NCBI GenBank assembly: GCA_040389045.1 | Contig: JAZKAT010000034.1 | Location: forward strand, 5,323 to 69,322 | Reading direction: 5' to 3' | Length of the DNA stretch: 64,000 nt | Source of the DNA: Pseudomonadota bacterium | GTDB taxonomy: Bacteria; Pseudomonadota; Gammaproteobacteria; DSM-16500 | Part shown: positions 19,937 to 29,597 of the stretch, piece after piece | Layout: each line of letters starts with the position of its first letter | How positions within the stretch are numbered: the stretch's first letter is position 1 | Translations under genes and position numbers: made by a program | The notes under the pieces: model-generated | The model's input: only the letters and a program-made list of their open reading frames with translations | The model's database searches: none | What the model was told of the DNA's origin: nothing

Positions 19937-21766
19937 ATGGATAAACAATCCGGGGAATTCCGTATATTGATAGTGGATGACAGCCCGGATATCCATACTG
20001 TTTTCAGGCAAATTCTCAGCTATCAAACCCAAGTGGAACACGAAGGCGCCGCTATTTTAGCGGAACTGCCTACATTCGCGATCAATTATGCGTTTCAAGG
20101 CGAAGAAGCGGTGGAACTGGTAGAACAAGCCCTGGCGGAGGGCGCGCCATACGCACTCGCTTTTGTTGATATACGCATGCCACCCGGTTGGGACGGCATG
20201 AAAACCATACAACAAATCTGGGAACTCGACAAAGATATTCAAATGGTAATTTGCACGGGTGGCTCAGATTATTCATGGGAAGATACTATCATCAACCTGG
20301 GTGGGGCATTTGATAATTTTCTTATTTTAAAAAAACCTTTCGATTCCATGACGGTGCGCCAAATCGCCTGCGCGCTAACCAGCAAATGGCAACTCGCGCG
20401 CGTCGCGCGTAAACATACAGAAAACCTGGAAAAACAAGTTGCGGAACGCACCGCGCAATTGCAATTACAAGCGGCGCAAGATCCATTGACCAAATTACCG
20501 AACCGAACTTCGTTTATCGAACATCTTTATAAACTTATACACACTCCTATGCAACCAACATTTAGCGTATTCTTTTTTGATCTGGATAGGTTTAAATTAA
20601 TTAATGATAGTTTGACTCATGCTATAGGCGATCAATTGCTAAAACTGGTTGCTGAACGATTAAACCTGGTGGTGGGCTTACATGAAAAAATTATCGCGCG
20701 CTTTGGTGGCGATGAATTTGCGATTGCGGTAAACAATATTAAAAATCCTGAGGAAGCCACCCATATCGCGGAAAACTTTTTGAATGCGCTAGCACAACCA
20801 TTTTATATTGGCCAACGTGAGTTATTGATTACCTCAAGCCTGGGCATTAGTTTATATCCGCAGGATGGTGAAGACCCTGAATCCTTATGCCGTAACGCTG
20901 ATACCGCCATGTATAAAGCAAAAGAGCGTGGCCCCAATAATTTTCAATTCTTTGAATTCCGCTTGAATCAAAATACGCTGGAAAGATTGGAATTGGAAAA
21001 TCAATTATTCCGCGCCATCAAAAACCATGAATTTATTTTGCATTATCAACCCGAGTTCAATTTGCAAACCGGCAAAATCGAGGGTGTGGAAGCATTAATA
21101 CGCTGGCAACATCCGGAACGCGGCTTGATTGCACCGTTAGAATTTATTCCCGTAGCGGAAGAGAGCGGGCAAATTTTGCAGATTGGTGAATGGGTGTTAC
21201 GTAAAGCCTGCAAACAAAACAAATTATGGCAGGATAGCGGCTTACCAAAATTTCGTATTGCCGTTAATATTGCCAGACACCAGATCGAACAACACGAAGA
21301 ATTAGTTGCCATCGTGCAAAATTCTTTGGAAGAATCCGGCCTGGCCCCGCAATTTTTGGAAATTGAATTAAGTGAAAATATTATTATTCAGAGCAGTGAA
21401 ATAATTGAGACCGTCGGCGCCTTGAAAAATCTTGGCTTATCAATAGCGCTTGATGATTTCGGTATCGGCTATTCTAATTTAAGCTACTTAAAAAAATTAC
21501 CCATCGATAGACTCAAAATCGATAGAGTTTTTACTGATAACATTGATTCAGATGAAGATGATGAAGCTATCGTCCGCGCCATACTGGCGGTGGCGAACAG
21601 TCTTGATATAGGCGTCATTGCCGAAGGCATTGAAACCCGTGGCCAATTAAATTTTTTAAAAAAAGAAGGTTGCCACGAAGGGCAGGGGTTTTACTTTTGC
21701 AAACCTTTACCGGGCCGTGATTTTGAAGAATTTTTGAAGAAATATGAACCGGGTTCGATTAAATGA
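19937..21766 (+). CDS. REC-GGDEF-EAL c-di-GMP turnover response regulator
   Basis: The REC domain is as above. The GGDEF domain has RFGGDEFAI. The EAL domain has EALIRW, EIELSE, LDDFGIGYS, LKIDR, AEGIET and GQGF. No RxxD I-site lies 5 residues before GGDEF. Confidence 0.92.
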   Translation: MDKQSGEFRILIVDDSPDIHTVFRQILSYQTQVEHEGAAILAELPTFAINYAFQGEEAVELVEQALAEGAPYALAFVDIRMPPGWDGMKTIQQIWELDKDIQMVICTGGSDYSWEDTIINLGGAFDNFLILKKPFDSMTVRQIACALTSKWQLARVARKHTENLEKQVAERTAQLQLQAAQDPLTKLPNRTSFIEHLYKLIHTPMQPTFSVFFFDLDRFKLINDSLTHAIGDQLLKLVAERLNLVVGLHEKIIARFGGDEFAIAVNNIKNPEEATHIAENFLNALAQPFYIGQRELLITSSLGISLYPQDGEDPESLCRNADTAMYKAKERGPNNFQFFEFRLNQNTLERLELENQLFRAIKNHEFILHYQPEFNLQTGKIEGVEALIRWQHPERGLIAPLEFIPVAEESGQILQIGEWVLRKACKQNKLWQDSGLPKFRIAVNIARHQIEQHEELVAIVQNSLEESGLAPQFLEIELSENIIIQSSEIIETVGALKNLGLSIALDDFGIGYSNLSYLKKLPIDRLKIDRVFTDNIDSDEDDEAIVRAILAVANSLDIGVIAEGIETRGQLNFLKKEGCHEGQGFYFCKPLPGRDFEEFLKKYEPGSIK

Positions 21767-21839
21767 GTTGCCCGAAAAGCATTGTTAGTTATAATTCCCG
21801 CGAGAGTATACCCATGACAAATCAAGGTCTATCGTCCTA

Positions 21840-22925
21840 ATGACCCCTATCGAATACTACCAGACCCAAGCGGCCCTAGGCGTCATTGTACCTGACCTCG
21901 AACAAGAGCGTGTGCTGCAATATTTGCAACGCCTGCAAGAAAATTTGTTAAAAGAAGAACGACGTCGTGCCAGCTTATTCGCTTTTTTGCAAAAACCCCA
22001 TATTGAAAAAGGGGTTTATTTATGGGGCGGCGTAGGCATAGGAAAAACATTTTTGATGGATTGTTTTTTCCATACTCTCCCATTCACTAACAAATTACGC
22101 ATGCATTTTCATCGCTTCATGCAAATGGTCCATGAAAAATTAACTGCGCATCAGGGTGAAAAAGACCCGCTTAGCATTATTGCCGAGGAGTTAGCGCGCG
22201 ATGCGATTGTATTATGTTTTGATGAATTATTAGTTTCTGATATCACCGATGCCATGTTACTTGGCCGACTGTTTAAATCACTGTTTGATAATGGCGTTTC
22301 ATTAGTGGCTACTTCAAACGTGGCACCCGATGATTTATATAAGAATGGTTTACAGCGTTCGCAATTTTTACCCGCTATCGCACTCCTCAAGAAAAATAAT
22401 GATGTCATTCACATTCCCTCGGATATTGATTATCGATTAAGGCATTTACAACAAGCCGGCGTATTTTACACACCGCTTGATCGCAAATCGGCGCGCAATA
22501 TGGAAGAAAGCTTTAAACAGTTAACGGCAGGGAAAAAAATAAGTCATGAGCCGGTAATTATCAACGATAGACCGATAAAAGTGTATCAACGCAGCGACGA
22601 TGTGATTTGGTTTGACTTCAAAGACATTTGCACCACCCCGCGCAGTCAATACGATTATCTGACGATTGCTAAGTTATACCGCACTGTGTTTATCAGTAAT
22701 ATTCCAGTAATCAAAGAAAATGAAAAAGATACCATTTGCCTGTTTATCGGTCTGGTTGACGTTTTATATGATGCTCGCGTACGTTTAGTCATTTCCGCAG
22801 CCGAACCCGTAGAACAAATCTATAACCGCGGCTACATGATCATGGAATACAACCGCACCAATTCCAGACTCATTGAAATGCAATCTCAGGATTACTTCGC
22901 GAATGATCCGGTGGGTAACTCGTAA
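21840..22925 (+). CDS. zapE: cell division protein ZapE (AFG1-family ATPase)
   Basis: GVYLWGGVGIGKTFLMD (Walker A) and VLCFDELLVSDITDA (Walker B), in a protein of about 360 aa. Confidence 0.88.
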   Translation: MTPIEYYQTQAALGVIVPDLEQERVLQYLQRLQENLLKEERRRASLFAFLQKPHIEKGVYLWGGVGIGKTFLMDCFFHTLPFTNKLRMHFHRFMQMVHEKLTAHQGEKDPLSIIAEELARDAIVLCFDELLVSDITDAMLLGRLFKSLFDNGVSLVATSNVAPDDLYKNGLQRSQFLPAIALLKKNNDVIHIPSDIDYRLRHLQQAGVFYTPLDRKSARNMEESFKQLTAGKKISHEPVIINDRPIKVYQRSDDVIWFDFKDICTTPRSQYDYLTIAKLYRTVFISNIPVIKENEKDTICLFIGLVDVLYDARVRLVISAAEPVEQIYNRGYMIMEYNRTNSRLIEMQSQDYFANDPVGNS

Positions 22926-22955
22926 TTGGTCAGCCAGGTTTCGCTGCGCCCACAT

Positions 22956-23047
22956 CTGTCATTCCCGCGCAGGCGGGAATCCATTCATTGAAACTTTAGA
23001 AGCAAGAGTAAACTCACAATGGATTCCCGCCTGCGCGGGAATGACAG
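22956..23047. repeat. REP/MITE-like palindromic element (two inverted ATTCCC-N8-GGGAAT units)
   Basis: CTGTCATTCCCGCGCAGGCGGGAATCCAT...ATGGATTCCCGCCTGCGCGGGAATGACAG. Confidence 0.9.
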
Positions 23048-23189
23048 CTAGAGAGTATAGTGTTCGTTTAACTCTCGAATTAAAACAACCTGCTCAAAAC
23101 CCACCCACCAAATTTAATCTGCATAAAATGTAGCAAATTTCCCGTAATTGTTAGAAAATAAGAAACCTTTTCATTAAGCGTTTCATACT

Positions 23190-24185
23190 ATGGATAGTAT
23201 TAAATACCTCAAGGACAAGCTTATCTTGTTTTCGCAGCAGACATTTAAACGTCGCCTGCAGGCTAGAGATGCATTATTTTGTATTGAATTTGGGACCAAT
23301 TCATTTTCAGCCGCTTATATTCGTTCCGATGCAGGGCGCCCAGAATTGGAGTTGATAGAATCCGTACCCTGCGATATTACCAAGCCGCTGCCCGCGCTCA
23401 CAGAATTTGTCAAAAAAAACCAACTGGAAGGTGTCAACTGTTCCTGGTTATTAAAAGCTGATAAATACCAGCTAATAACCCTGGATGAATTACCCGTCAA
23501 ACCTGAAGAATTTCAATCCGCTATTCGCTGGCAAATCAAAAAATTATTAACTTTTTCCGTCGACGATGCTTTCATTGACAGTTTTCAAATACCGCCGCCG
23601 GAAATTCCTAACCCTAAAAAAATGATTACCGTGGTCGCCGCGCAAGCCAGCTATATCCAACCTATCGCTGAACAAATTGCCGAAAGCGGTTTGAATTTAA
23701 CGACGATTGATATTCAGGAATTAGCACTGCGTAACGTCATGACCATGTTTGAAACGAATGAAATGGGCACAGCCCTAGTCTATTTGCAGGAAAAAAGCAG
23801 TGATATTATTTTTTCGCGCCAGCACCAGTTTTATTACTTACGACGTCTGGATTGGAGTTTTGAAAAACTAGCGAATAATTATCAAAGCCAGGATGTCATC
23901 AATCAATATTTGCAAAAATTAGCACTGGAAGTCCAACGTTCTTTTGATTATTTCCAAAGTCAATGGCGGCTGCCCGCTCCCAATCATGTGTTAATGGTGT
24001 CACTAAACCCCAAATTATTGGATATCGCGGCTTACATGACGCAACGTCTGCGCTTTCCGGTGGAAGATATCAATTTAAATAAAGTTCTATTAAGTAAAGT
24101 TGAATTGACCAGTAATCTTGAATCACAGTTTTTATCAGTCATCGGCGGCGCGTTAAGAGAAGAGACTAGTCATGCAACAAATTAA
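23190..24185 (+). CDS. mshI: MSHA-type pilus biogenesis protein MshI (PilM-like actin-fold component)
   Basis: It is the first gene of the I-J-K-L-M-N-E-G block. Its 331-aa size and position match PilM/MshI. The call rests mainly on context. Confidence 0.6.
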   Translation: MDSIKYLKDKLILFSQQTFKRRLQARDALFCIEFGTNSFSAAYIRSDAGRPELELIESVPCDITKPLPALTEFVKKNQLEGVNCSWLLKADKYQLITLDELPVKPEEFQSAIRWQIKKLLTFSVDDAFIDSFQIPPPEIPNPKKMITVVAAQASYIQPIAEQIAESGLNLTTIDIQELALRNVMTMFETNEMGTALVYLQEKSSDIIFSRQHQFYYLRRLDWSFEKLANNYQSQDVINQYLQKLALEVQRSFDYFQSQWRLPAPNHVLMVSLNPKLLDIAAYMTQRLRFPVEDINLNKVLLSKVELTSNLESQFLSVIGGALREETSHATN

Positions 24186-24705
24186 TCTCTTTAAATTTGT
24201 AAAACTGCCCATTAAATCGGTGATCGATGGTAAATTACTTTTAAGCTTATATGGCATTTTTTTTGGGTTCTTAATGCTGGTGTTTTTAATTTCGATTTTT
24301 CAAAATCACCGTCTTAGAGTAGCGGAAACCAACCTAAAAGACAGCGTGGAAGCAAAACGTAAAGAATTAGTCAGCCTCGCAACGCTTTATCCAACCAGCA
24401 TCCCCACGCAAATTTTGGATGCGACCCGATTACCGCTGTGTAACATAAAATTTTCAAATTATTTGGCAAGTTTTTCCCAGGCTTATGTTTCTGGAATTTG
24501 GTTAACCAATATTTCTATTTCCAAAAACGGCGAAGAAATTTCACTAAAAGGCCATGCGTTGCGCGCGTTGGAAGTTCACCAGTTTTTGTTGCAATTGAAA
24601 CAACAAAATCTGTTTGCCAATTTATCGTTTGACATATTACAGATGAAAGACCAGCCACCCCCACTCAGTTTTGAAATAGTAGGGAGGTCAGCCGCGCATG
24701 GATAA
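24172..24705 (+). CDS. PilN-like bitopic component (second half of a split MshI)
   Basis: It starts MQQINLF (PilN INLLP-type start) and has a single TM helix, LLLSLYGIFFGFLMLVFLISIF. It overlaps the preceding gene. Confidence 0.6.
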   Translation: MQQINLFKFVKLPIKSVIDGKLLLSLYGIFFGFLMLVFLISIFQNHRLRVAETNLKDSVEAKRKELVSLATLYPTSIPTQILDATRLPLCNIKFSNYLASFSQAYVSGIWLTNISISKNGEEISLKGHALRALEVHQFLLQLKQQNLFANLSFDILQMKDQPPPLSFEIVGRSAAHG

Positions 24706-25294
24706 CGCTAAAATTAAAGAGTTTTATGCTGTTTTTGACAATTGGCTAAACCAACATTCGCACCGTGATCGCTTATTTATACTAATAGCGGGCTGGATAA
24801 TTATTTACTTACTGTGGTATCAATCCTTTGAAAAATCGGTGCTTGCAGAAATCGATCAACACCATACTGTGATTGCTGCACACCAAAAAGAATATCAGGT
24901 TTTTCAAGATGAAATTCAGCAAATCACCGCCAAAGGCAAGTCCGTGGCGGAGCAAAAAAAACGTGAAGCCGTGGCCCTTAAAAATGATGATCAATCCAAG
25001 ATACCCCTGGCTTCGCAAAAGGATATCGATGTAATAGTCCAGGCTATTTTGACACCGCAGGAAAATGTGCGTTTCCTTAGTCTGGACAATACTTCTGCTA
25101 ATCCGGAGACTGGCAAATTGTCAGTTAAAAATAATGTCCAGCTTTCATTCAGCAGTGATTATTTTGGGACTATTAATTATCTAACACAGCTTGAAAAACT
25201 CCCATGGTGTTTGTCCTGGGATAGTTTAGAATACAAGGTGGCCAATTACCCGGAAGCGGTGGTAGTTATCAATCTACATATTGTGAATAGTTGA
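24698..25294 (+). CDS. mshJ: MshJ (PilO-like) bitopic pilus assembly protein
   Basis: One TM helix (LFILIAGWIIIYLLWY) followed by a coiled-coil segment. Called by position. Confidence 0.55.
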   Translation: MDNAKIKEFYAVFDNWLNQHSHRDRLFILIAGWIIIYLLWYQSFEKSVLAEIDQHHTVIAAHQKEYQVFQDEIQQITAKGKSVAEQKKREAVALKNDDQSKIPLASQKDIDVIVQAILTPQENVRFLSLDNTSANPETGKLSVKNNVQLSFSSDYFGTINYLTQLEKLPWCLSWDSLEYKVANYPEAVVVINLHIVNS

Positions 25295-25295
25295 T

Positions 25296-25610
25296 ATGAT
25301 TAAATGCCAATGGAAGGCAGTCTTGTTAACGATCATGATTAATATATTGCCTGCAACTGGCTATGCTGACTTAATTGATCCAACAAAACCGCCAGATATT
25401 TCGCAAAGCGGTAGTTTGGTCTTGAGTGCAATTATGATTTCACCCGAACATAAGCTGGCTGTCATCAACGGCAAGATTTTACATGAAGGTGATATGATCA
25501 ACGGACTGAAGATAATTAGCATTACCACTAACAGTGTGGACTTGGCCAGTCCCCAGGAAAAATTAACTTTAGTGTTATTGACGAGTCCAGTTAAAAACGT
25601 TAACTATTAA
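25296..25610 (+). CDS. mshK: MshK-like small periplasmic pilus protein
   Basis: 104 aa with a signal peptide and then DLIDPTKPP. It lies directly upstream of the secretin. Confidence 0.5.
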   Translation: MIKCQWKAVLLTIMINILPATGYADLIDPTKPPDISQSGSLVLSAIMISPEHKLAVINGKILHEGDMINGLKIISITTNSVDLASPQEKLTLVLLTSPVKNVNY

Positions 25611-25636
25611 ATGAATCTTGAGAGAGACAGGTCAAC

Positions 25637-27454
25637 ATGGATGGTTTGAATAAAAAATTTTCACAATTTACTTTGTTGTTACTAATTACTGTTATATTCA
25701 TTTCTAGTTGCAACGTGTTGGCGCCAAAACATGCCACCTCAATGATGCAAACTCACGCTACCCTGCAAGAAGCGATAAACATCGACAAATCATTAGACCG
25801 AAAGCCGCCACAACAACGTTTACCCAAATCCGTCGTGGATGCGCTATTGCCGCCAGTCACTGATAGCGCGCATCCTGAAAACCAGCTGACGCAACGACGC
25901 TTCAACGTCAATGCGGATAAAATGCCTGCTAAAGTGTTTTTTACCGGTTTGGTGGATGGCACCCAGTATAACATGGTGGTTGATCCCAGCATTGAGGGTA
26001 CGATTACGCTCAGCTTGAAAAACGTCACCATAGAAGAAGCCATGAATGCCGTACGCGATATCTACGGCTATGAATACCATAAAACCACTTACGGCTACGA
26101 AGTCCTGCCACCTGAATTGGAAACCCAGCTTTTTAACGTCAATTACCTGGATGTAACCCGCATCGGTAAATCCACGACTGAAATGGTCTCGGGTCAAATT
26201 ACCGACGTGGGTACCATTAGTGTGGGCAATGGCAGTGGTGGTGGTGGTTCTAGTGGTAGCGCCCCAACCGCTCCAACTGGCCCCGCGGCAAGTCCTACTA
26301 CCAGTACGTCCAATAGTGTTTCCAGCAGCACAGTAAACACTAACTCGGAAATGGATTTCTGGAAAGAATTGGAAAAAACCCTTAAACAAATGGTGTCTGC
26401 CGATAAAGGCCGCTCCGTAGTCGTCAATTCCCAGGCCGGTGTCGTCATCGTGCATGCGTTTCCTTTTGAGCTGCATCAAGTAGCGCGTTATCTTGACCGT
26501 ATCCAAACCAATTTACAGCGGCAAATTGTCATCGAAGCCAAAGTATTGGAAGTTAATTTGAGTGATGGTTTTGAATCGGGCGTAGATTGGAGTTTGCTGG
26601 GTAATCCGTTAGACGCGGATGCGCTTATCAGCCAGTCGGGTAATGGCCCCAACGCGACTGGCGTTTCCGGCAGCGGCGCATTTAGTGGTACTCACCTGCA
26701 AAATTTTGATCCTATTTTCACAATTAATATCAAAGGCAGTTTCCGGGCCCTCATTAACTTTTTACAAACCCAAGGTAATGTGCAAACGCTGTCAAGCCCG
26801 CGAATTTCAACTGTGAATAATCAGAAAGCCGTCATCAAAGTCGGCCAGGACCAATTCTTTGTGACTGGCGTCTCAACTACCAATGCGGTAGTAGGTACTA
26901 ATACGTTGCCTTCACAAAATGTCAGTCTGACGCCGTTCTTTTCGGGTGTCACTATGGATGTCACACCGCAAATAGGCAAAGATGGCACCGTCTTGCTGCA
27001 CATCCATCCCGCGGTAAGCGTGGTCTCGGAACAAAATCAAACTATCGTACTGGGTAGTACCGGCAGCGCCCCGAATACCTTATCACTGCCACTGGCGCTC
27101 AGCACCATACGTGAATCGGATAACATTGTCCGTGCCAAGAATGGTCAAATTGTCGTAATTGGTGGTCTAATGCAGAATAGCACCGCGGAAACTATTGCCG
27201 GTACGCCGTTCCTGTCACGTATTCCTTTCATAGGTGCGTTATTCCGCCGCACCAGCCAGACGGCCACGCGTTCGGAATTAGTTATTCTGTTGCGCCCAGT
27301 GCTGGTCAGCAATCACGTCTGGACCAAAACGTTAGAACGCACGGATAATGATTTCCATCGTGATAACCGTGATTTCCATCTCGGCGGCTTGCCCGATGAC
27401 TTTGGCACCCGCGGTGAATTAACCGATGCGGCGGGTCATGTCAATGACTATTAA
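25637..27454 (+). CDS. mshL: MSHA-type pilus secretin MshL (probable lipoprotein)
   Basis: Lipobox-like FISSC. The secretin C-domain reads LSSPRISTVNNQKAVIKVGQDQFFV...VRAKNGQIVVIGGLMQ...PFLSRIPFIGALFR...ELVILLRP. Confidence 0.9.
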   Translation: MDGLNKKFSQFTLLLLITVIFISSCNVLAPKHATSMMQTHATLQEAINIDKSLDRKPPQQRLPKSVVDALLPPVTDSAHPENQLTQRRFNVNADKMPAKVFFTGLVDGTQYNMVVDPSIEGTITLSLKNVTIEEAMNAVRDIYGYEYHKTTYGYEVLPPELETQLFNVNYLDVTRIGKSTTEMVSGQITDVGTISVGNGSGGGGSSGSAPTAPTGPAASPTTSTSNSVSSSTVNTNSEMDFWKELEKTLKQMVSADKGRSVVVNSQAGVVIVHAFPFELHQVARYLDRIQTNLQRQIVIEAKVLEVNLSDGFESGVDWSLLGNPLDADALISQSGNGPNATGVSGSGAFSGTHLQNFDPIFTINIKGSFRALINFLQTQGNVQTLSSPRISTVNNQKAVIKVGQDQFFVTGVSTTNAVVGTNTLPSQNVSLTPFFSGVTMDVTPQIGKDGTVLLHIHPAVSVVSEQNQTIVLGSTGSAPNTLSLPLALSTIRESDNIVRAKNGQIVVIGGLMQNSTAETIAGTPFLSRIPFIGALFRRTSQTATRSELVILLRPVLVSNHVWTKTLERTDNDFHRDNRDFHLGGLPDDFGTRGELTDAAGHVNDY

Positions 27455-27464
27455 GGATAAGCAA

Positions 27465-28367
27465 ATGTACCTAGACCATTTTAAACTTAAGGAATTGCCG
27501 TTCACCATCACGCCCAACGTTGGCTATTTTTGCAATTTAAAAGGCCATCAAGAAGCGTTCAACACTTTGCTTTTTAGTTTGAGAACCGGTGAAGGGTTTA
27601 TTAAAATTGTGGGGGAGGTAGGATCGGGCAAAACCTTACTCTGCCGCAAATTACTCAGCAGTCTTGATAGCCATTATTTCTCGGCCTACATTCCCAATCC
27701 GGATTTAAATCCTATTGAATTACGCAAAGCGCTGGCCATTGAATTAGGTTTGGAATCAACTTCGCTACAAGATCAACATGAATTGTTATTGCTAATCAAC
27801 AATCGTTTATTGGAGTTGCACGGCTCTGGTAAACAAGTGGTTTTATTGATAGACGAAGCCCAGGCATTGCCCGCGGCCAGCCTGGAAACGCTGCGTTTAT
27901 TAACTAACCTGGAAACTGAGACCACCAAACTTTTGCAAGTCGTTTTATTCGGACAACCGGAATTAGATGACCGTCTCAACCAGCCTTCATTTCGTCAACT
28001 CAAACAGCGCATCAGTTTTTCTTATTATTTGCCGTTGATGTCCCGTGAAGACCTAGATAGTTACTTATTCCACCGACTTGCCACAGCAGGCCACACCTTA
28101 AGTACGCTATTTACCAAAAAAGCGCGCGACATACTCTATCAAGCCAGTAATGGTGTGCCCCGAATTGTTAATATTCTGTGTCATAAAGCATTAATGGCAG
28201 CTTATGGGCGGGGTGATAAAAATATTACGCCGAAAACCATGCGTCTGGCGGTACGGGATACTGAAATTGCACTGATTTCTCATAAACGCTTATTATTAAT
28301 TATAGCTCTGCTCAGTAGTGCGGTTATTATTGTGTTGGGGTTCTATATCCGCAAAGGAATCATCTAA
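27465..28367 (+). CDS. mshM: MshM (ExeA-type AAA+ ATPase)
   Basis: MYLDHFKLKELPF start, GEVGSGKTLLCR (Walker A) and VLLIDEAQ (Walker B). The ATG at 27465 has an AAGGA RBS and avoids overlap with mshL. Confidence 0.8.
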   Translation: MYLDHFKLKELPFTITPNVGYFCNLKGHQEAFNTLLFSLRTGEGFIKIVGEVGSGKTLLCRKLLSSLDSHYFSAYIPNPDLNPIELRKALAIELGLESTSLQDQHELLLLINNRLLELHGSGKQVVLLIDEAQALPAASLETLRLLTNLETETTKLLQVVLFGQPELDDRLNQPSFRQLKQRISFSYYLPLMSREDLDSYLFHRLATAGHTLSTLFTKKARDILYQASNGVPRIVNILCHKALMAAYGRGDKNITPKTMRLAVRDTEIALISHKRLLLIIALLSSAVIIVLGFYIRKGII

Positions 28368-29584
28368 TGAGCTTGATTAATGACATGTTAAAAGACCTGG
28401 AACAACGGCCTTCGCACGTGTCGGGAAACTCGATTCTTCACGGTATAAAAACCGATATTTCCACTCAGTTACATCAGCACAGAATTTATTATTTTGTGAT
28501 AGCCATGCTGACAGTCCTGTTAATCTTTTTTGGAATTTTATTCCTACTTCATCATCATCAGAATAACCCTGCAGCAACCATTACCCAACTCGCTGCACAA
28601 ACACCGTCAGGAACACCGGCCGTGGCGGCACCCGCGAATTTAACCCGCTTATCCAGTATCGCGTTGCAGGTACAACAAGACACCGCGTTTTTGCGTTTTC
28701 TGTTGAATCAAGTGCCGCTTTATCAAGTAAGCAGTGAAACGGCGAACCATGAATTAACTATCACCTTTCAAAATACGCATTTGATGGCGGCACTGCCGAA
28801 AATTGATTACTCCGGCAGCGGCGTTGAAAATATTACCGCGGTGGATGACAGCAATAATAATTTAAAATTAATTTTAAAATTAAATCCGGATGCCGATGTG
28901 AAGCGACTTGAGCTCAACCAGGATGGCAATGCTCCGGAATTGCAGATGGAAATTACTTATCATCCATCACAAACCGCGAACTCTAATTCTTACTCCGTAA
29001 AAAAAGCCATTACTGAAAGTCCAGCGGATCAGCAATATCAACATGCCCTGACGCTGGCTACTGCAGAAAAAACTCAGGATGCCATCACCCTCTTGCAAGG
29101 CTTAATCATTGAATTTCCCAATCACAATAAAGCACGCGAATATTTAGCCAGCTTATTGCTGGCACAAAATAATTCGCTGGCGGCGGAACAAATAATTTCA
29201 ACGGGTTTAAAGCTTAACCCCGACTATCCGCCCTTTGTAAAACTGGAAGCACGCTTGTTAATGGATAGAAATGAATTGAAGGAAGCCATCAACATCATGG
29301 AAAAAAAACCGCCGACCATCGCGGAATATCCTGACTATCACGCGTTACTTGCCGCGCTTTATCAACGCACCAATCAAACTTTATTAGCTGCTAATCTTTA
29401 CAAACAATTATTAGCGCTAGAACCAAGTAATGCCAAATGGTGGGTAGGGCTGGGAGTTGCCCTGGAAGGTAATAACGACCCTAGCCAGGCACTGGAAGCC
29501 TTTATGACAGCGAATAACATTGGTGGATTAAGCCCTACACTCAAAGCATATCTGGATATTCAGTTAAATACGCTTTCATCATGA
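28367..29584 (+). CDS. mshN: MshN (TM + TPR-repeat pilus biogenesis protein)
   Basis: An N-terminal TM helix (YYFVIAMLTVLLIFFGILFLL) and C-terminal TPR-like repeats (YQHALTLATAEKTQDAITLL..., WWVGLGVALEGNNDPSQALEAF). Confidence 0.6.
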   Translation: MSLINDMLKDLEQRPSHVSGNSILHGIKTDISTQLHQHRIYYFVIAMLTVLLIFFGILFLLHHHQNNPAATITQLAAQTPSGTPAVAAPANLTRLSSIALQVQQDTAFLRFLLNQVPLYQVSSETANHELTITFQNTHLMAALPKIDYSGSGVENITAVDDSNNNLKLILKLNPDADVKRLELNQDGNAPELQMEITYHPSQTANSNSYSVKKAITESPADQQYQHALTLATAEKTQDAITLLQGLIIEFPNHNKAREYLASLLLAQNNSLAAEQIISTGLKLNPDYPPFVKLEARLLMDRNELKEAINIMEKKPPTIAEYPDYHALLAALYQRTNQTLLAANLYKQLLALEPSNAKWWVGLGVALEGNNDPSQALEAFMTANNIGGLSPTLKAYLDIQLNTLSS

Positions 29585-29597
29585 CAAGGTGGGCATT

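Noticed and set aside
22873-23133. ORFs spanning the REP elements (22873..23133, 47139..47411, 47360..47671, 50541..50861), with peptides such as SFPRRRES, CHSRAGGNP and IPACAGMT.
   Set aside because: The translations are dominated by the palindromic repeat itself and recur wherever the repeat occurs. This is the typical spurious-ORF signature of REP elements.
25844-26506. A 220-aa ORF, plus an 84-aa ORF at 26194..26448, antisense to the secretin gene mshL.
   Set aside because: These are shadow ORFs inside a confidently called gene. Their reading frames run through the Gly/Ser/Thr-rich tract, whose complement is stop-poor. They have no RBS and no recognisable motif.
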